From positions 40,362,001 through 40,426,000 of the forward strand of contig CM060734.1 in NCBI GenBank assembly GCA_030704615.1: a DNA stretch of 64,000 bases. The letters are read 5' to 3'. The translations under genes were made by a program, and so were the position numbers. Shown in pieces: positions 1 to 12,047 of this stretch; position 1 is the first letter of the stretch; each line of letters begins with the position of its first letter. This DNA comes from Takakia lepidozioides. Lineage: Eukaryota; Plantae; Bryophyta. The notes beneath the pieces were generated by a model, which saw only the letters and a list, made by a program, of their open reading frames with translations, had not been told where the DNA came from and ran no database searches.

Positions 1-253
1 GGCCAATGACATTCTGCTTTCAGGGAGTAAGATTTCCAAGTCAATGACAGGCCCCTACAGTGAACATAGAAACACAATATTCAATAAAACTACAACCAAA
101 ACACTTTGCAGTTTCTGCAAGTGAAACAGCCAGACAAACCATTGATGGAAAGGTCTACTGATAAAGTTAAGAAGACAGTAAAATAGCTCTCAGCATCCAT
201 CTGAGTTACTACTCAGGTTTTTCACACATGGGAATAAGGAGACTCATGCGCAC

Positions 254-3200
254 AGCGAGGACTGCCATCTGTTGTGGCTGAAGCTGCTTGTCCTGCAACC
301 TGCATCTCCAGATGTTCGCAAAAGATTATGAAACTGCAAGCTCAATCATACACTTCAACAATCAAACACTTGGCTATGTCAAGACAATCAGTTCCAGAGA
401 AAGGCTGAGATCTCTCAGAGAGACGGTCAGGCCTTATGTACTTAAGAAGAGTAGATTTATAAAGAACAGTGTAGTGTCACGATTGGAGGTGAGGTGCTAA
501 GCAAACAAATGACTTCTGCCTATCCTGAGACATTAGGATATGTGGCATACCCATAGAGTTTCAGATATGAAGATTCTGTAAAAATGTCCTTCTGGTACAA
601 CTGTAGGCATATGTCCCGGCTGCGCTGATAGACCTAACACAGTTAGCAATCACAGCATTCCACAAATTAAGGCAATGCCAATGGTATACCATTGATGGGC
701 AGAACTATTGCTCACCTTCTCAGCACTCTCATCTGATAGCCAAACACAGGCCGCGATGTTTTGCTCTGCCATGATGCGACTACGAACTGACCATGATGTG
801 ACTCTAAAACTTAGTTTTCAGGAAGACTCATTCATGGTACCTGGAGGCAGGGGTTGTTCACATCTCCTACAGCAGTCCGTGCTGAGACCAACAGTTCCTT
901 GAGCATATCATGAATATATAATAGGTAGTGAGTGTCTTCCCTTGCATACCTGCCATGCCCACAGCCAAAAGAAGCAGGGAGTAAAGCGAAAGTGCACGGA
1001 GCCAACCACAGGGTGATTTAGGGTACAAATCCATCCACAAAGGGCTAGGAAAGCAGATGGGGAAGAAGAGTAATAAAAAAGGAAGCAACCAAAGTCAAGA
1101 CATAAACAGACATGGAGCACAGAAATACTAGACAATAAAACAGAGCACAATTTGGAAGACAACCAAAAACAGAGGATGAGGGGGCAATGGAAAGCAAAGG
1201 ACAGTAAGCAACATAAGGGATGCAAAATGAGGCAAAGATGTGGATGGCTAGAAATATTGCACTTGAGCATTTCAGATGGCAATGGCCGTATCCGCCAGTC
1301 TGCGAGCTGGTACCTGCCGCCTCACCCACACCACCAAGTTCCTTTGATGAGAACCAACGAAGAAGTCCAAGCTAGAAACTTTATCATTCTTATTCTTGTC
1401 AAAATACACAAAGGAGAAGCAACGAAGTTGGCAAAATAGATCTAAAACCAGGCCGTAAGACCAACCGTTTATCTGGGTGGACATCCAGGAAATGTTGTAA
1501 CAGAAAAGCGAGCCCAAACCCATCCATCTCCAATACCCTTGCTGCCTGTCCTCATCCAAACCACTCATCACAGAAATGCCTCATCACGTTTTAAAAATAC
1601 CTCTGAAATCAAAGCCATGTCATCTTGATGGTGCTTGAACATGAGGGGGAAAAAAAGGTTAATATTACATAACATATGAATGGTAAGTGACTTACCATTA
1701 ACACGATGTGGTAAGGCTAAAATTGTGTATGCGATCTGACTACAGCGCTCATCATCAGAAAAAAACTAAGGAAATATTTGTCCCACTTACCACATAGGGT
1801 GAGCATGTGGAAGACTCATATGCAACCATACAGAAATGGCAGGAAAACTTAGATGTAATGATGCAAGCATGCCATAAATGAATGAACTACTAACCTCCAC
1901 CCTCATACAAGCCAACAATTAAACAGAACCAAGGTCAATAGAAATCAGACACTAACTATTGATGTGTTTCGTTGAACTGTGTACACAAAAAGCTCAAACA
2001 AGAAAGTAATAAGGAGAGCTGAAGGTGACAACGGACCTGACCAGTATCAAATAGATTACAGACATAGATGCCAAAATCACGCTGCAGCCACAGTATGTCA
2101 TGATCTGACCCATGCATCACCTGCTCTTCAACCAGTCATGGTCAGAACTTCAGGTAAACTGATACAATGCAGACGAAGAAACTCCCAGCTCTTTCTCCAT
2201 GGTGCCTGTGGAGCAGCTAGTTACAATCTGTCCTTCTACCTTCTCTGCTCCATCCACAATGGGTGGAGAGTTTCTTGCCATGGCAAGCACCCTAAAATCA
2301 GTATGATGTTGATCCCCCTTTCCGCCATTTTTCTTTGCCAATGTGACCGGCAGTGCAACCATCCACACAGCTACCTTTGTCACATCTATTACAAGTTAGA
2401 GCGCAACAGTAACGGAATCAACCCTGTATATGAATTCCCTGTAACCAGGTTGTCATGGCAAGTCCAGGTTGAATATACCCAGGTGGACTGGAACGCCATA
2501 CCCAGTTCTGCTGCCCTGAAGAGTACGTCATGGCCAAGTTTTGCAGGGAGCATGGAGGAGCACATCTCTCGGATCAAACTGAGCGTGGGGTCAATGGCCA
2601 CAAGGCTACGGCAAACAACGTCTTACGAGTACATTCTCTCGGATCAATTGCATGTTTCAAGTTAAGTCATACTACCGGCATCAGCCCCCAAAAAAGCTAG
2701 TTCTGTCCCTTTTGAGTTCCGCTCCAACTGGGCACGGGGTCAATGGCCACAAGGCTACGGCAAACAACGTCTTATGAGTACATTCTCTCTCTCTCCCACA
2801 ACTGCTCCGCCCAAACTGGGTGCAGGGTCCATGGCCACAACATCTAATCAGTACATTCTCTCCCACAACTCACCCCTCACTCTCCTTTCTATCAGCCATG
2901 TGTGCTTGCTTTCTTGCATCCTGAAAGCCCTAATGCAGGCTTTCATCGATTCTTGCGGGAAACCCATGCAATACAACTAAAGCACAGCAATCCCAATTTG
3001 GGCTACTGAGAAAACAATTATTGAATTCTCGGAAGAGCCACGTGGCAGGTAGAGCCCAACTACAGGTTTCACTTCATCACAATACCTGGAGCATTGACAG
3101 AATGTAGAGAACCACCAAGACAGTGATAGAACAGCACAGGTATGGTTATGTACGATCCCCACAACACGCCGACTACCAGATTCAGGTTCACCTACCTTCT

Positions 3201-6200
3201 TGATGGAAGGATTGGCAAAGACATCTGCAAGGCAAGGACCGATATGACTGCGCAGTGCCAATGCATCTACTATAAAATCTTCTGAGCGTGTCGAGACTTG
3301 TATCAGACAGACAAAGCCTTGAAATGAGCGATAATGGTGATTTTCCAGGTCAACCTGTCCTTCCCAACCCCCAACAAATACAACAGCTTAATGATTGGAC
3401 ATGAGCTTAAGTCTGGGTAAACGTGCCCAGACTTGGCTTATTGATGTCCCACAAGATTTATGATCTAGCCATACATATGCTTTGTTGAATACATAGTTTC
3501 AAAAAAGGAGACACTTCCAGTAGACCTCCGAATCCAGTGATGTAGTGTTCAAGGTCTCGACATGAGCAGACAAAATAGAGAAAGATATAAGCAAATTTGC
3601 AGAAATCAAGCCTGTTTTAGGTGTCTCAGAAGGAGAGGAAGCCCAGCATACATGCAAAGCCACTCCAAGCGAATGCCTATCCTTCTTGAAGGATCTGCTA
3701 CTATAAGTTCCTAGATAGGAGTGACAGGAGCAATGACCAACCGCAATTTCTCCAGCAGTACCCAACTTTGCAGCCAAGTGAATGAGAGCGGGCAGAGTCG
3801 ACACCACAGTGAGAGGCGTATCAGCCAGTGACCGAGGTTTGTGAGGCGTGTTTGCTTCCAGAAGCAACTCCACAAACGCCATTCTCTTCAGCTCTTGCTG
3901 CACATAGAACGTGCAACTAGCTGAGATGAGATACTTTGGAGATGTACAATACAACAAAATCTTGAGTTACAATACATTAACTGGACAAATGATTTTCCAG
4001 CCATCCTGCTAGGACCAAAGCTGAGGTTTGCTGCTGTAGCCTAGTGCCTATGTTAAAGATGCATCCAATCAGGCCTCCACTAGGTAGGTTCAATTTGATA
4101 CCATTGGCCTAGCAAACAGTCCATGATTATCGTGGTGGGAAGGAGTGGTTATAGAACATAAATCAATACCACGTTGAAAGTTACCAAGAACCAAAAGGTT
4201 TTAAAAGTGGGAAGAAGATTGTACTTGAGGATAGACATCCAACCAAGAAAATATATAGTTCCAGGCGTGATCTTTTTCAACCAATACTATAAGCTGAAAT
4301 GCATAAACAAACATACTTCTAAGGGATGGAAGCCATCAGAAGTGCCTCCAACACCCAGCTTCTGGGCATGTATTTCCAAAGTTGAAGCACCTGCAAATCC
4401 AGTAGCTGACTGTTAGAGAGGGCCTTGCAAACACATCCTCTCCATATAAGCCGCTCTGTACATCGTCCTATTCTTAGGGCTTCCCATGCACACTCTCTCG
4501 CTTCCCCTCCCCCTACCTTTGAACAATAAACAGATGCAGAGGGGAAAGGGGAGATTGTCAATGCCCGATGTGAGGGCAGCCCTAAGACGATGTCTGAGGT
4601 ATTCTCATCGAGAGCCACTGTCTTGAGGACCAACATGAACATAGTCCCGGCACCTCTGTTCACCAACTTTCAAAATCTTCAGGCTGAGCCTAAAGCCCTG
4701 GCCCTGTTAGTGTCTAATTGCTGGGCAGCGCAGAAGATTGATGCTTGTGTGAAGGGCTGTCTAGAGGAAATCTGGAAAGCCTGAACTAAGTGTTTATATT
4801 AAGGCAAGGCCCACTACTGGAGTGAGACCCTCACAAAGATACTGTCTGTTCCCTCTGGTTTTGCCCAAACTGGGCACGGGGTCTATGGCCACAAGGCTAC
4901 AGCAAACAACGTCTTATGAGTACATTCTCTCCCTCCTCATGGTTTAACTTTTGGGCGGAGGAAGATATGGTCATGTCAGGTGAAAGCCCTTCTCATAAAT
5001 AGGTTCTGCATATCTGTGTCAGCTTGAGGTTAGAACAGCAGTGCTTGTCAACGTCCTGCATCAGGAGGGCAAGTGCCAAACAATGGAGAAGGTGGGTACT
5101 GTCAGTGAAAAAATGGAAAATAAAAACCAAACATTGTAAAGTAAACAGACTAGTCATAATAGCCACATATGAAAATAGCACACTAAGACAGACAATTACA
5201 TACATTGGCAAATGCTAATCTGCCATAGTCAGCACCAAACAGACATCTGGCACCAGACTTCAAGTTGTTCCCTGGTATTCTCCCTCAATTTGCCTATATA
5301 TCAAATAATCAATTTCCTTATGGTGGTCAGCTATGTGCCCTAGGACTCCTCATAGTTAGAGTTTGATCGCTCTGTCTATTTCTCTTTCAACCTCTCTTTG
5401 TGTCTCTGCCGCTTGTATCCTGATATCCCTTGTAGGGCTGAAACTCCCGGGTAGGCGGTCACACCACTTAAACCCCAAACCTTTGACCATCCGTAAGTAG
5501 GGATCAGTCCAGTTGCAGTAACGGGTCTCTGCAGCCCCCAGACATAGCTTACTCCTGTCGATAAGTCAAATTCACCGTGTCACGAAGAAAAATCAACACA
5601 ACTCGCAGAGGGTAAGGGCAAAAGATGTACGAATCTGGCAAATCGTAAAACCCAGCCTCCAGGTGGACATCTCATACCTTCTTTCTTAAACTCCTCCCGT
5701 AGATCTCGAGATTGTGGATGCTTGAAGGGGGTGTTCGAATTGTCCACAGCAATATCAAATTTATCCTGTGGCCGGGGTATAGACCGTATGTGGAATGCCA
5801 CAGGGCAACGCTCGTTGGCCCCTTTTCCGCCCTTCAAGAGTGCCATTTTCACACCTTCAGTGGGACAATCAGTAGATCCAGATGGCATGCCTCTTTGCAT
5901 GTGCCTAGGAGATTCTTGAGCCCCATTCCCAACCGCACTGCGATCCTCAACCTTTGCTCTCTTCCGTTCCCGATTCTCTTTCGAAAACTGATCGAGTGCA
6001 GTGTCAATTCCTTCCACTAGATCATCCTGGACCCCTACAAGCCAATCATATGCGTCGTCTGCATCGTCAGGCCACCCAGCCGCTTGCGGCCTTAGCTCTT
6101 TAGTCAACCCTATTTCACTCAGAAGAACTTGAACGCGGGTATGCATCTCCTGGACTGGCCCCTTGAACTGCTGAAAACTTGAGTAGAAATGGAAGTCTCG

Positions 6201-6317
6201 GTCCAAAGGAAAATCCTTCCCCACGCTTTCCACCTTGCCGATTGCGTCACGAAGAGGCCCCGACACGCATTGGAGCACTTCATCGGCTTTCAACCGAACT
6301 GGATCTAACTCCTCCAT
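254..6317 (-). CDS. RRP6L2: RRP6-like exosome 3'-5' exonuclease (PMC2NT + DEDDy), multi-exon; 3' end lies beyond the window start
   Basis: GT-AG exons read on the minus strand: 6317-5678 ([41 protein letters not shown]), 3897-3742 (..[15 protein letters not shown]), 3354-3196 ([30 protein letters not shown]), 2120-2037 ([28 protein letters not shown]), 1545-1466, 1313-1263 ([12 protein letters not shown]), 949-841 ([12 protein letters not shown]), 633-551, 299-254. At least one exon between 3898 and 5677 was not resolved. Confidence 0.92.
2565..2870 (+). mobile_element. Three 5'-truncated 3' tails of a non-LTR retroelement inside an RRP6L intron
   Basis: Repeated GGGGTCAATGGCCACAAGGCTACGGCAAACAACGTCTTAYGAGTACATTCTCTC. 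TSDs TCTCTCGGATCAA (2565-2577/2635-2647) and TCTCTCCCACAACT (2790-2803/2857-2870). Confidence 0.75.
4420..4931 (+). mobile_element. Longer 3' fragment of the same LINE family (decayed ORF2 C-terminus)
   Basis: Degenerate Cys/His knuckle region, then [44 protein letters not shown] and the same GAGTACATTCTCTC tail. Homologous to 29247-29580. 5' boundary approximate. Confidence 0.65.
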
Positions 6318-6685
6318 TGAACACAGAAGATTTGATGAATCCGAGTAGCGTCTTCTGATTACCGAACCAACACTGAATCCTGACCTTGCCGCATTTTTGC
6401 TCAGCAATCGCGGAGTACATCCTCGATTTGCTCCGGCAGGAAAACCCAAAACCCTAATTAGCAATTCAACCCGGGCCTTAATTCCACAGCCCTGGTACCC
6501 CCCTGGACTCGGAATATATTTCAAGATTTTTCGATGAATGAATGAATGAAAAAATGAATGAAGACTGCATATCCGACGGAAGCTGTGTACCAATCTTGGG
6601 GTGTGTTGCAGATAGCAAAGGCAGAGCGAGCAAGGAGGGTGAGCAAGCAGAGACGCAAGCAAGTAGATATACGGAGAGAGCAGCA
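6318..6685. promoter_or_regulatory. Bidirectional promoter/5'UTR region between RRP6L2 and PET100, with a telo-box
   Basis: Divergent ATGs at 6317(-) and 6686(+); AAACCCTAA at 6449-6457. Confidence 0.6.
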
Positions 6686-7481
6686 ATGTCAGCGGTGGGG
6701 AAGACGAAGGGGGTGCTGGAGTTGTTCAAGTTTGGATGTTACGTGTCCATACCGATCGTCATGATGGTCGTGTTTGCCAACACGCCTCAGAATCTGGAGA
6801 AGATCATTCGCAATGTGGGTTTCCTTCTCCTCCTTATCTCCCACGTCTTGAGCAGTTTTCCTTCAAGTTGACCGCTAAGAAATTTCCTTCAGGGCCTCAT
6901 TCAAGATTAGATCCGGCCTACCTTAAGAGTGATAGAAGGATAAAGAGGTTTGTTTCGTTGCATGACCAGAGGCGCTGCTTTAGGGTTAGTTGTGTCGTCA
7001 GCAGGTGGCAGGGTTACATGTCAGGTCTTGTGGAAAAGCTAAAATCCTGGTGTTAGCTTTCATAGCGCAGAAGCTGTGCATAATGTTGGTGAGGGTCAGG
7101 GTTAAGCGACCACTGTATTTCAAGTGAAGGAGACAGTGAGTAGTGGGGAGGGGGGGTTTTCTTGGCCTTAGCGTGTGCTTTTCCATACACTCCAATCAGA
7201 TTGGAGAAAGGGGGGAGGGGGCCAGTAGACAGGGTGACGTCACAGTAGTGAGGCACACAGGTATGATAGAAGAGATGGAGAGAGAGGGAGAGGTCGGACC
7301 ATGGTTGCCTTGTTGCATTTATCAGGCTAGATCCCAGTTCACCCACCAACCCTTTGATGGGTGAGATGTTGTGTGTGATGACTGGCAGAGGTCATACGTA
7401 GTGTATCCGCCAGAGGGACCTCGCCCGCCTTCAGGAGACGAAATTCGGGAAATGATAAAAAACAACAAAGCAACACCCTAA
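6686..7481 (+). CDS. PET100: PET100 homolog, mitochondrial cytochrome c oxidase assembly factor (2 exons)
   Basis: Exon 6686-6814 MSAVGKTKGVLELFKFGCYVSIPIVMMVVFANTPQNLEKIIRN, GT..AG intron, exon 7389-7481 RSYVVYPPEGPRPPSGDEIREMIKNNKATP*. Matches the plant PET100 signature. Confidence 0.88.
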
Positions 7482-10303
7482 GTCTCGTGGTATTGGACTT
7501 TGCATGAAGGAACTTTACATCCGAAGATTGCTCAGAAGTTAATGAGACCAGGTTTCCTGCCTCAATTTGAGGCATCCAGTCCAAAGGTTGACACTGATGA
7601 TGCCCAATCAGATGAGGAGATCAAGAATCCCAGTCCAATTTCAGCACTGATGATGGGGGATGCCTGATGAATCAGAAGGGAAGATGACTTGGTTGCTTTC
7701 TTTAGGTTTTGGATAGAAACAATTTCAAACACTTGTATTATATGAAGTCTTGTAGCTTTAGCTTGGCCTTTTTCTTCTACCGCTCAAATTTTATCCAGAA
7801 TGTAATTGATGATACTGTTGTAAGGTGTTAAAAGCCTAGTATGCCGAGAGGCAACAGTTGGCATGTTGTGTACATTTCTCGCATCTATCGCAGAGGAGAA
7901 TGTGCTGTGGGTTTGCAGTTTGCACACCATAATTCCCAACGATTACATGGAGGCAGTTGAGTTGAATTTGAGCCCAAGGAGACTGAATTGATTACACTCA
8001 ATTCAGTAGATAGCCTAACTTCAGTAGTTCAGTGAATGCAACATTATGAATAGGGCTCTGCAGTTTGTGCTTGAGCTGTGGTGAAAAAGTATGAATGCAA
8101 ATGTACCAACTGAAAAGGAAGTGGATGTCGAGATGAGGGGAGTCCACTGATCATCACCAATCAGTTTTCTTGCCAAAGTTAATATTTTAGGAACACATGC
8201 AATGTCACAGTTTTGTCTCATAACAGTTTGAAGAGGCAGCTATTTCTCCCAGCACGCTGTTTGAAAGGAACTCTGCTGCAGTAGTGGTTAAATTCTCCTG
8301 CATGCTCTATCATCAGTTTCATGCTGACTGTGAAAATGACAACTGTGATCAAACTACTTCAGGCTCAGATAGTGTAATGCAGCGCCAAGCTAGCCCTGAA
8401 CTCCCTCCATGCTCCATTCAAAAAAGCTCATCCTGCATGCTTGCAACCCTCTGACTCTGAAAATCATGTCATTTGCAGAAAGAAATTTTTGATGTACTTA
8501 TCTGAGCTATTCACTAAAAATCTTGTGTGACAAGACATTAGAAGCACCATATGGAAATTAACTTACCATTGAGGAATGTGGAGATATATTAGCAGCTTCA
8601 GATAAATCACTGGAAGAATTTTCAGGTGCCATAAGATGCAAACGTGGGTCTTATGATTTGCTTGCTGTCATTGTGATTGACAGGTAAAAATTCCAGAATA
8701 TCGAGCATGACGACATAAATGCCACGCGCGCTTGAAGAGGTAAGACACAGCATGCTCCCAACCTGAGTCAACTTACTGCCCAGCAAGCTGACAGAGGACA
8801 GTAAATGAAAATGGTTTTTCCACCGAGTAGTGGAATTATTGAGGCCTCATCACCCTTTGATAAGAATTAAGATGTCATGACACCTAAAGTGGACTTTGAT
8901 TTGGAGCAGTGAACACATACCCATAATTGAGGACGCTTGCTGGGAGCCAAAACTTCCAACCTGCTTACATCAAACATACAACAATAAATTGCTCATAGCA
9001 CTCCTTGTGCAACTGAAACTACAGATGTAGAGAACTCCAATCTTTGGTGAACTTTGACTTCTAAACTAGCAAACGGGGAATAGCTGGTGCAACTACACTA
9101 AGGCTGAATGCCCCAATTGAGACAAAAGCCAGGTGTAATCTCTAAGTGGCAATGCATTTGGAATTAACACAGTAACCAGGAATGACGACTCCAAGACACT
9201 AGACCAAGTACAAGCAATTTTTGCTTACACAATGACTACAAAGCCAAAAACTTTGCAGTTTCTACACACCATCAAGGAGATTTGAGAGAGCACGGGTGCG
9301 GTAGACTTCTGGCAAGTGCTTGAGGCGGCCTTCCCATGCTATGTTCCAGGCAAACACCAACATAATCACACATGGGCCCAACACCAACTGGTTCGCAGCT
9401 ACCTGCACACATTAATCCACAACTCAACACTGCTGTGTTTTATATGTTCTCCTTGCTACTTCATCCCTGCATCCTAACAGACTAGACCTAAGCCACTGTT
9501 GGACATGGGGAGACAGAGGAGACAGAAAATCTGAGAGTCCTGTAACTGAGTAGAAGTTTTTCTTCCACACAAAAGCTGCAGAGTAGCTTCAGATGCCCAG
9601 AGGTCGGGGTACCCAGAGCCGTTCAACCCATAAAATGACCATAAAATGGAGAAACTGTGTACTCACTACTCACCACCTCCAACTTCTGATACACATTGGC
9701 TAATGCATCCTAGCTGCAACGATTCCCACTAGTGTGCAAGCCACTCATGCTCAGACAAAACATACCTTCACTGAGAGATTTGTCAAGGTCTTTTGTGGAA
9801 GAAAGTGGTCCAACACTTCATACCACAATTGTGACCCAGGTCCATAGATTAGATTAAAAAGCCATAGCTTGCCATTCGTAGAGCCCTTTGCCAATCATGG
9901 TCTAACAAACTTGCCTCCTCCAATGGCTGCACACATATAAGGCCCAACATGTTCAGCACAAGGTCCACCTCAAAACAACATAGGAGGACTCAAAAAATAG
10001 GAACACTTGATTGCTAACCCAGTCACACTCTACTATACCTTTCATCACACCAGAAAGATGCATCCATGTTATTGAGGAAAAAACTCCAGATTTACATTAC
10101 CGACTTAATGGAGCTTGTGTTATTGTCCCTGTTATGGCTAAAGGGAATGTATCAATTGTTTCCTGTTGAAGATATGGGTATAAATGGGAAAAAAAAATTC
10201 CCTATTTAACGTTGGGCAAATTATAAAAACGAAAGAGGGGTTTTTTTATTATAAAGGGAACTTTTCAATTTTCCCTTCATGTGGATGGGAAAAATTGTAC
10301 ATA

Positions 10304-10378
10304 GGCTGGTAGCTTAGCTGGTAAGTGCACAAATGGTGTTGCCTTGGTGGTTCGGGGTTCAAACCCGCTGCCCTGCCA
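10304..10378 (+). repeat. tRNA-derived (SINE-head-like) sequence with Pol III A and B boxes
   Basis: A-box TAGCTTAGCTGG 10310-10321 and B-box GGTTCAAACCC 10356-10366. No convincing cloverleaf or anticodon arm. Confidence 0.45.
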
Positions 10379-10901
10379 TGTGTGTGGATTGTTCGTGGCG
10401 TTCTGTCTGGACGTTATTTGTCCTGTGTCCCATAAGTGAAAGGGGGATATTTTTCCCCGTCCTCAAGGGCCTGAATTGTGGGCTGTCGCTCCCAGGTTTC
10501 CCTTGGAAAATAAAAAATAAAAAATGGTTCTTTCTGGAAAATTAAATGACTCTTCACACATGGCCGGAAAATCATGAAAAATAGCAAAGAGGGCTTTCCT
10601 CGGACAATGATTGGATCTGTTATACTCAATAAATTCATCGGAAAAAAAAAAATTTTGGTTCTTTTTGGAAAATAAAATGACTATACAGTATGTGCTCACC
10701 GACACAATCCAATATCTATATATATATAGACACCCTGAAGGGAACGTAAATTATGGTGTCTCTTCACCACAAGGGCTATTGCCTTTGAGCTGAAAGGTGG
10801 ACACCACCAGACCGTGGTTTGAACCCACAACCACATCCAACGTGATATGTGCCCACTACATGCTGGTTGTCGACATGGTCCACACTATGACTATTCACGT
10901 A

Positions 10902-12047
10902 CTAGGGCTTCGCGTTGCTCCGCACTACTAGCGACGACTTCTGAAAAGGACGCCCGGACGGATGGGCCATACTGGAGGAACTTGAGAGAGAGTTGGAGGG
11001 GTTTTCCATGGTCGTCTTGGTACAACAAGTAGATTTGGACTATGATAAATCAGTATTTTTTTATTATCCGTTGTGAGCATGCGTTGGAAAAATATAGACT
11101 TTTTGAAAAGGAGAAGGAGGATGGTCTTTATAAAATATGGTGGCCCTTACATGGAACGTTTAGAAGTGTCTAATTTAAGCTCTACCAAGCTATGCTTTTG
11201 CTCCAGTTGTCGTCGTTCAATTCTGTCTCTTCTGGTGCTTTGGCCAGCAGTTTGACCCCTTTTAATTGGAATGAAAGCCCGTGTTTCTTGTGACGGAAAT
11301 TCATCCAATATCGGATGTTACACTTGATTGCAACGAGATCCCCTGAACGTACGGATTGTCCATCCATTTTTTGGCCATTTTCGTTAAGGACTTCTATTGT
11401 ATTGTACATTCCGTCATTGTTTGTTTTGTGACGTTTGTTGTTATTGGACGTCGATCCAGAGTTGTTTGTGTTGTTTTTTAGGAGCTTTTTCATGAAGCTC
11501 ATGTTGTTTTCACCCATCCACCTCATGTCCTCGCCTCTCCTCTTCCAATGATCGGACCATTCCGTTATTGTATTTGCGTAGTCGAACTGGAAATGGTTGT
11601 CTTCTATCAATATAGTGAATTTTGCGTCTTTTAGTTCTTTGGCAAAAGTCACGAATCTGTAATTCCCGGTTTTGCCAAGGTAAGGGAATTTTGCAATACC
11701 TACGAAGATTGCTATTTCTTCACGGTCCGAAGGGACGTTCCACAAGGTGTTGTGAAAGTTTGTACTGTTGGGCAGGCGTTTCCACGTGTTCCCCACCTTA
11801 AGGGCATGGTGGTCATTGGACGCGAAACTGTCGTATATCACGTTTGTCATGTCTTGGTGGGTTATGTCTTTGTCTGTTACAGTGTCTATTGTGTTGGCTA
11901 TTTCTGATGTTGACATGGTTGTTTGTATGTATGGTGTAGAGAGAGAGATAGAGAGGCGGGGGTAGCTGAAAGTATATATCGGTGGATTTTTGAGGAGAAT
12001 TAAACCCTAAGAGTGCGACTGTAAAATTAATCACGTTAATCTATAGA
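10902..12047 (-). mobile_element. Non-autonomous Helitron-type element, copy 1 (apparently full length)
   Basis: Minus strand starts TCTATAG (12047) and ends with a GC-rich subterminal segment ..GCGGAGCAACGCGAAGCCCTAG|T (10902). Homology with the copies at 29843 and 35814 stops at the same CTAG|T. Confidence 0.75.
11182..11916 (-). CDS. 244-aa intronless ORF, putative OB-fold ssDNA-binding protein (phage gp2.5-like)
   Basis: C-terminal half IEVLNENGQKMDGQSVRSGDLVAIKCNIRYWMNFRHKKHGLSFQLKGVKLL resembles the gp2.5-type SSB pattern. Acidic tail EETELNDDNWSKSIAW ends in an aromatic residue. Decayed homologous ORFs occur in copies 2 and 3. Confidence 0.5.
   Translation of the reverse strand: MSTSEIANTIDTVTDKDITHQDMTNVIYDSFASNDHHALKVGNTWKRLPNSTNFHNTLWNVPSDREEIAIFVGIAKFPYLGKTGNYRFVTFAKELKDAKFTILIEDNHFQFDYANTITEWSDHWKRRGEDMRWMGENNMSFMKKLLKNNTNNSGSTSNNNKRHKTNNDGMYNTIEVLNENGQKMDGQSVRSGDLVAIKCNIRYWMNFRHKKHGLSFQLKGVKLLAKAPEETELNDDNWSKSIAW

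Noticed and set aside
6318-6686. N-terminal extension of ORF 5580-6686 (and of 6542-6871)
   Set aside because: Homology starts at Met 6317 (RRP6L) and Met 6686 (PET100). The extensions are promoter/UTR read-through.
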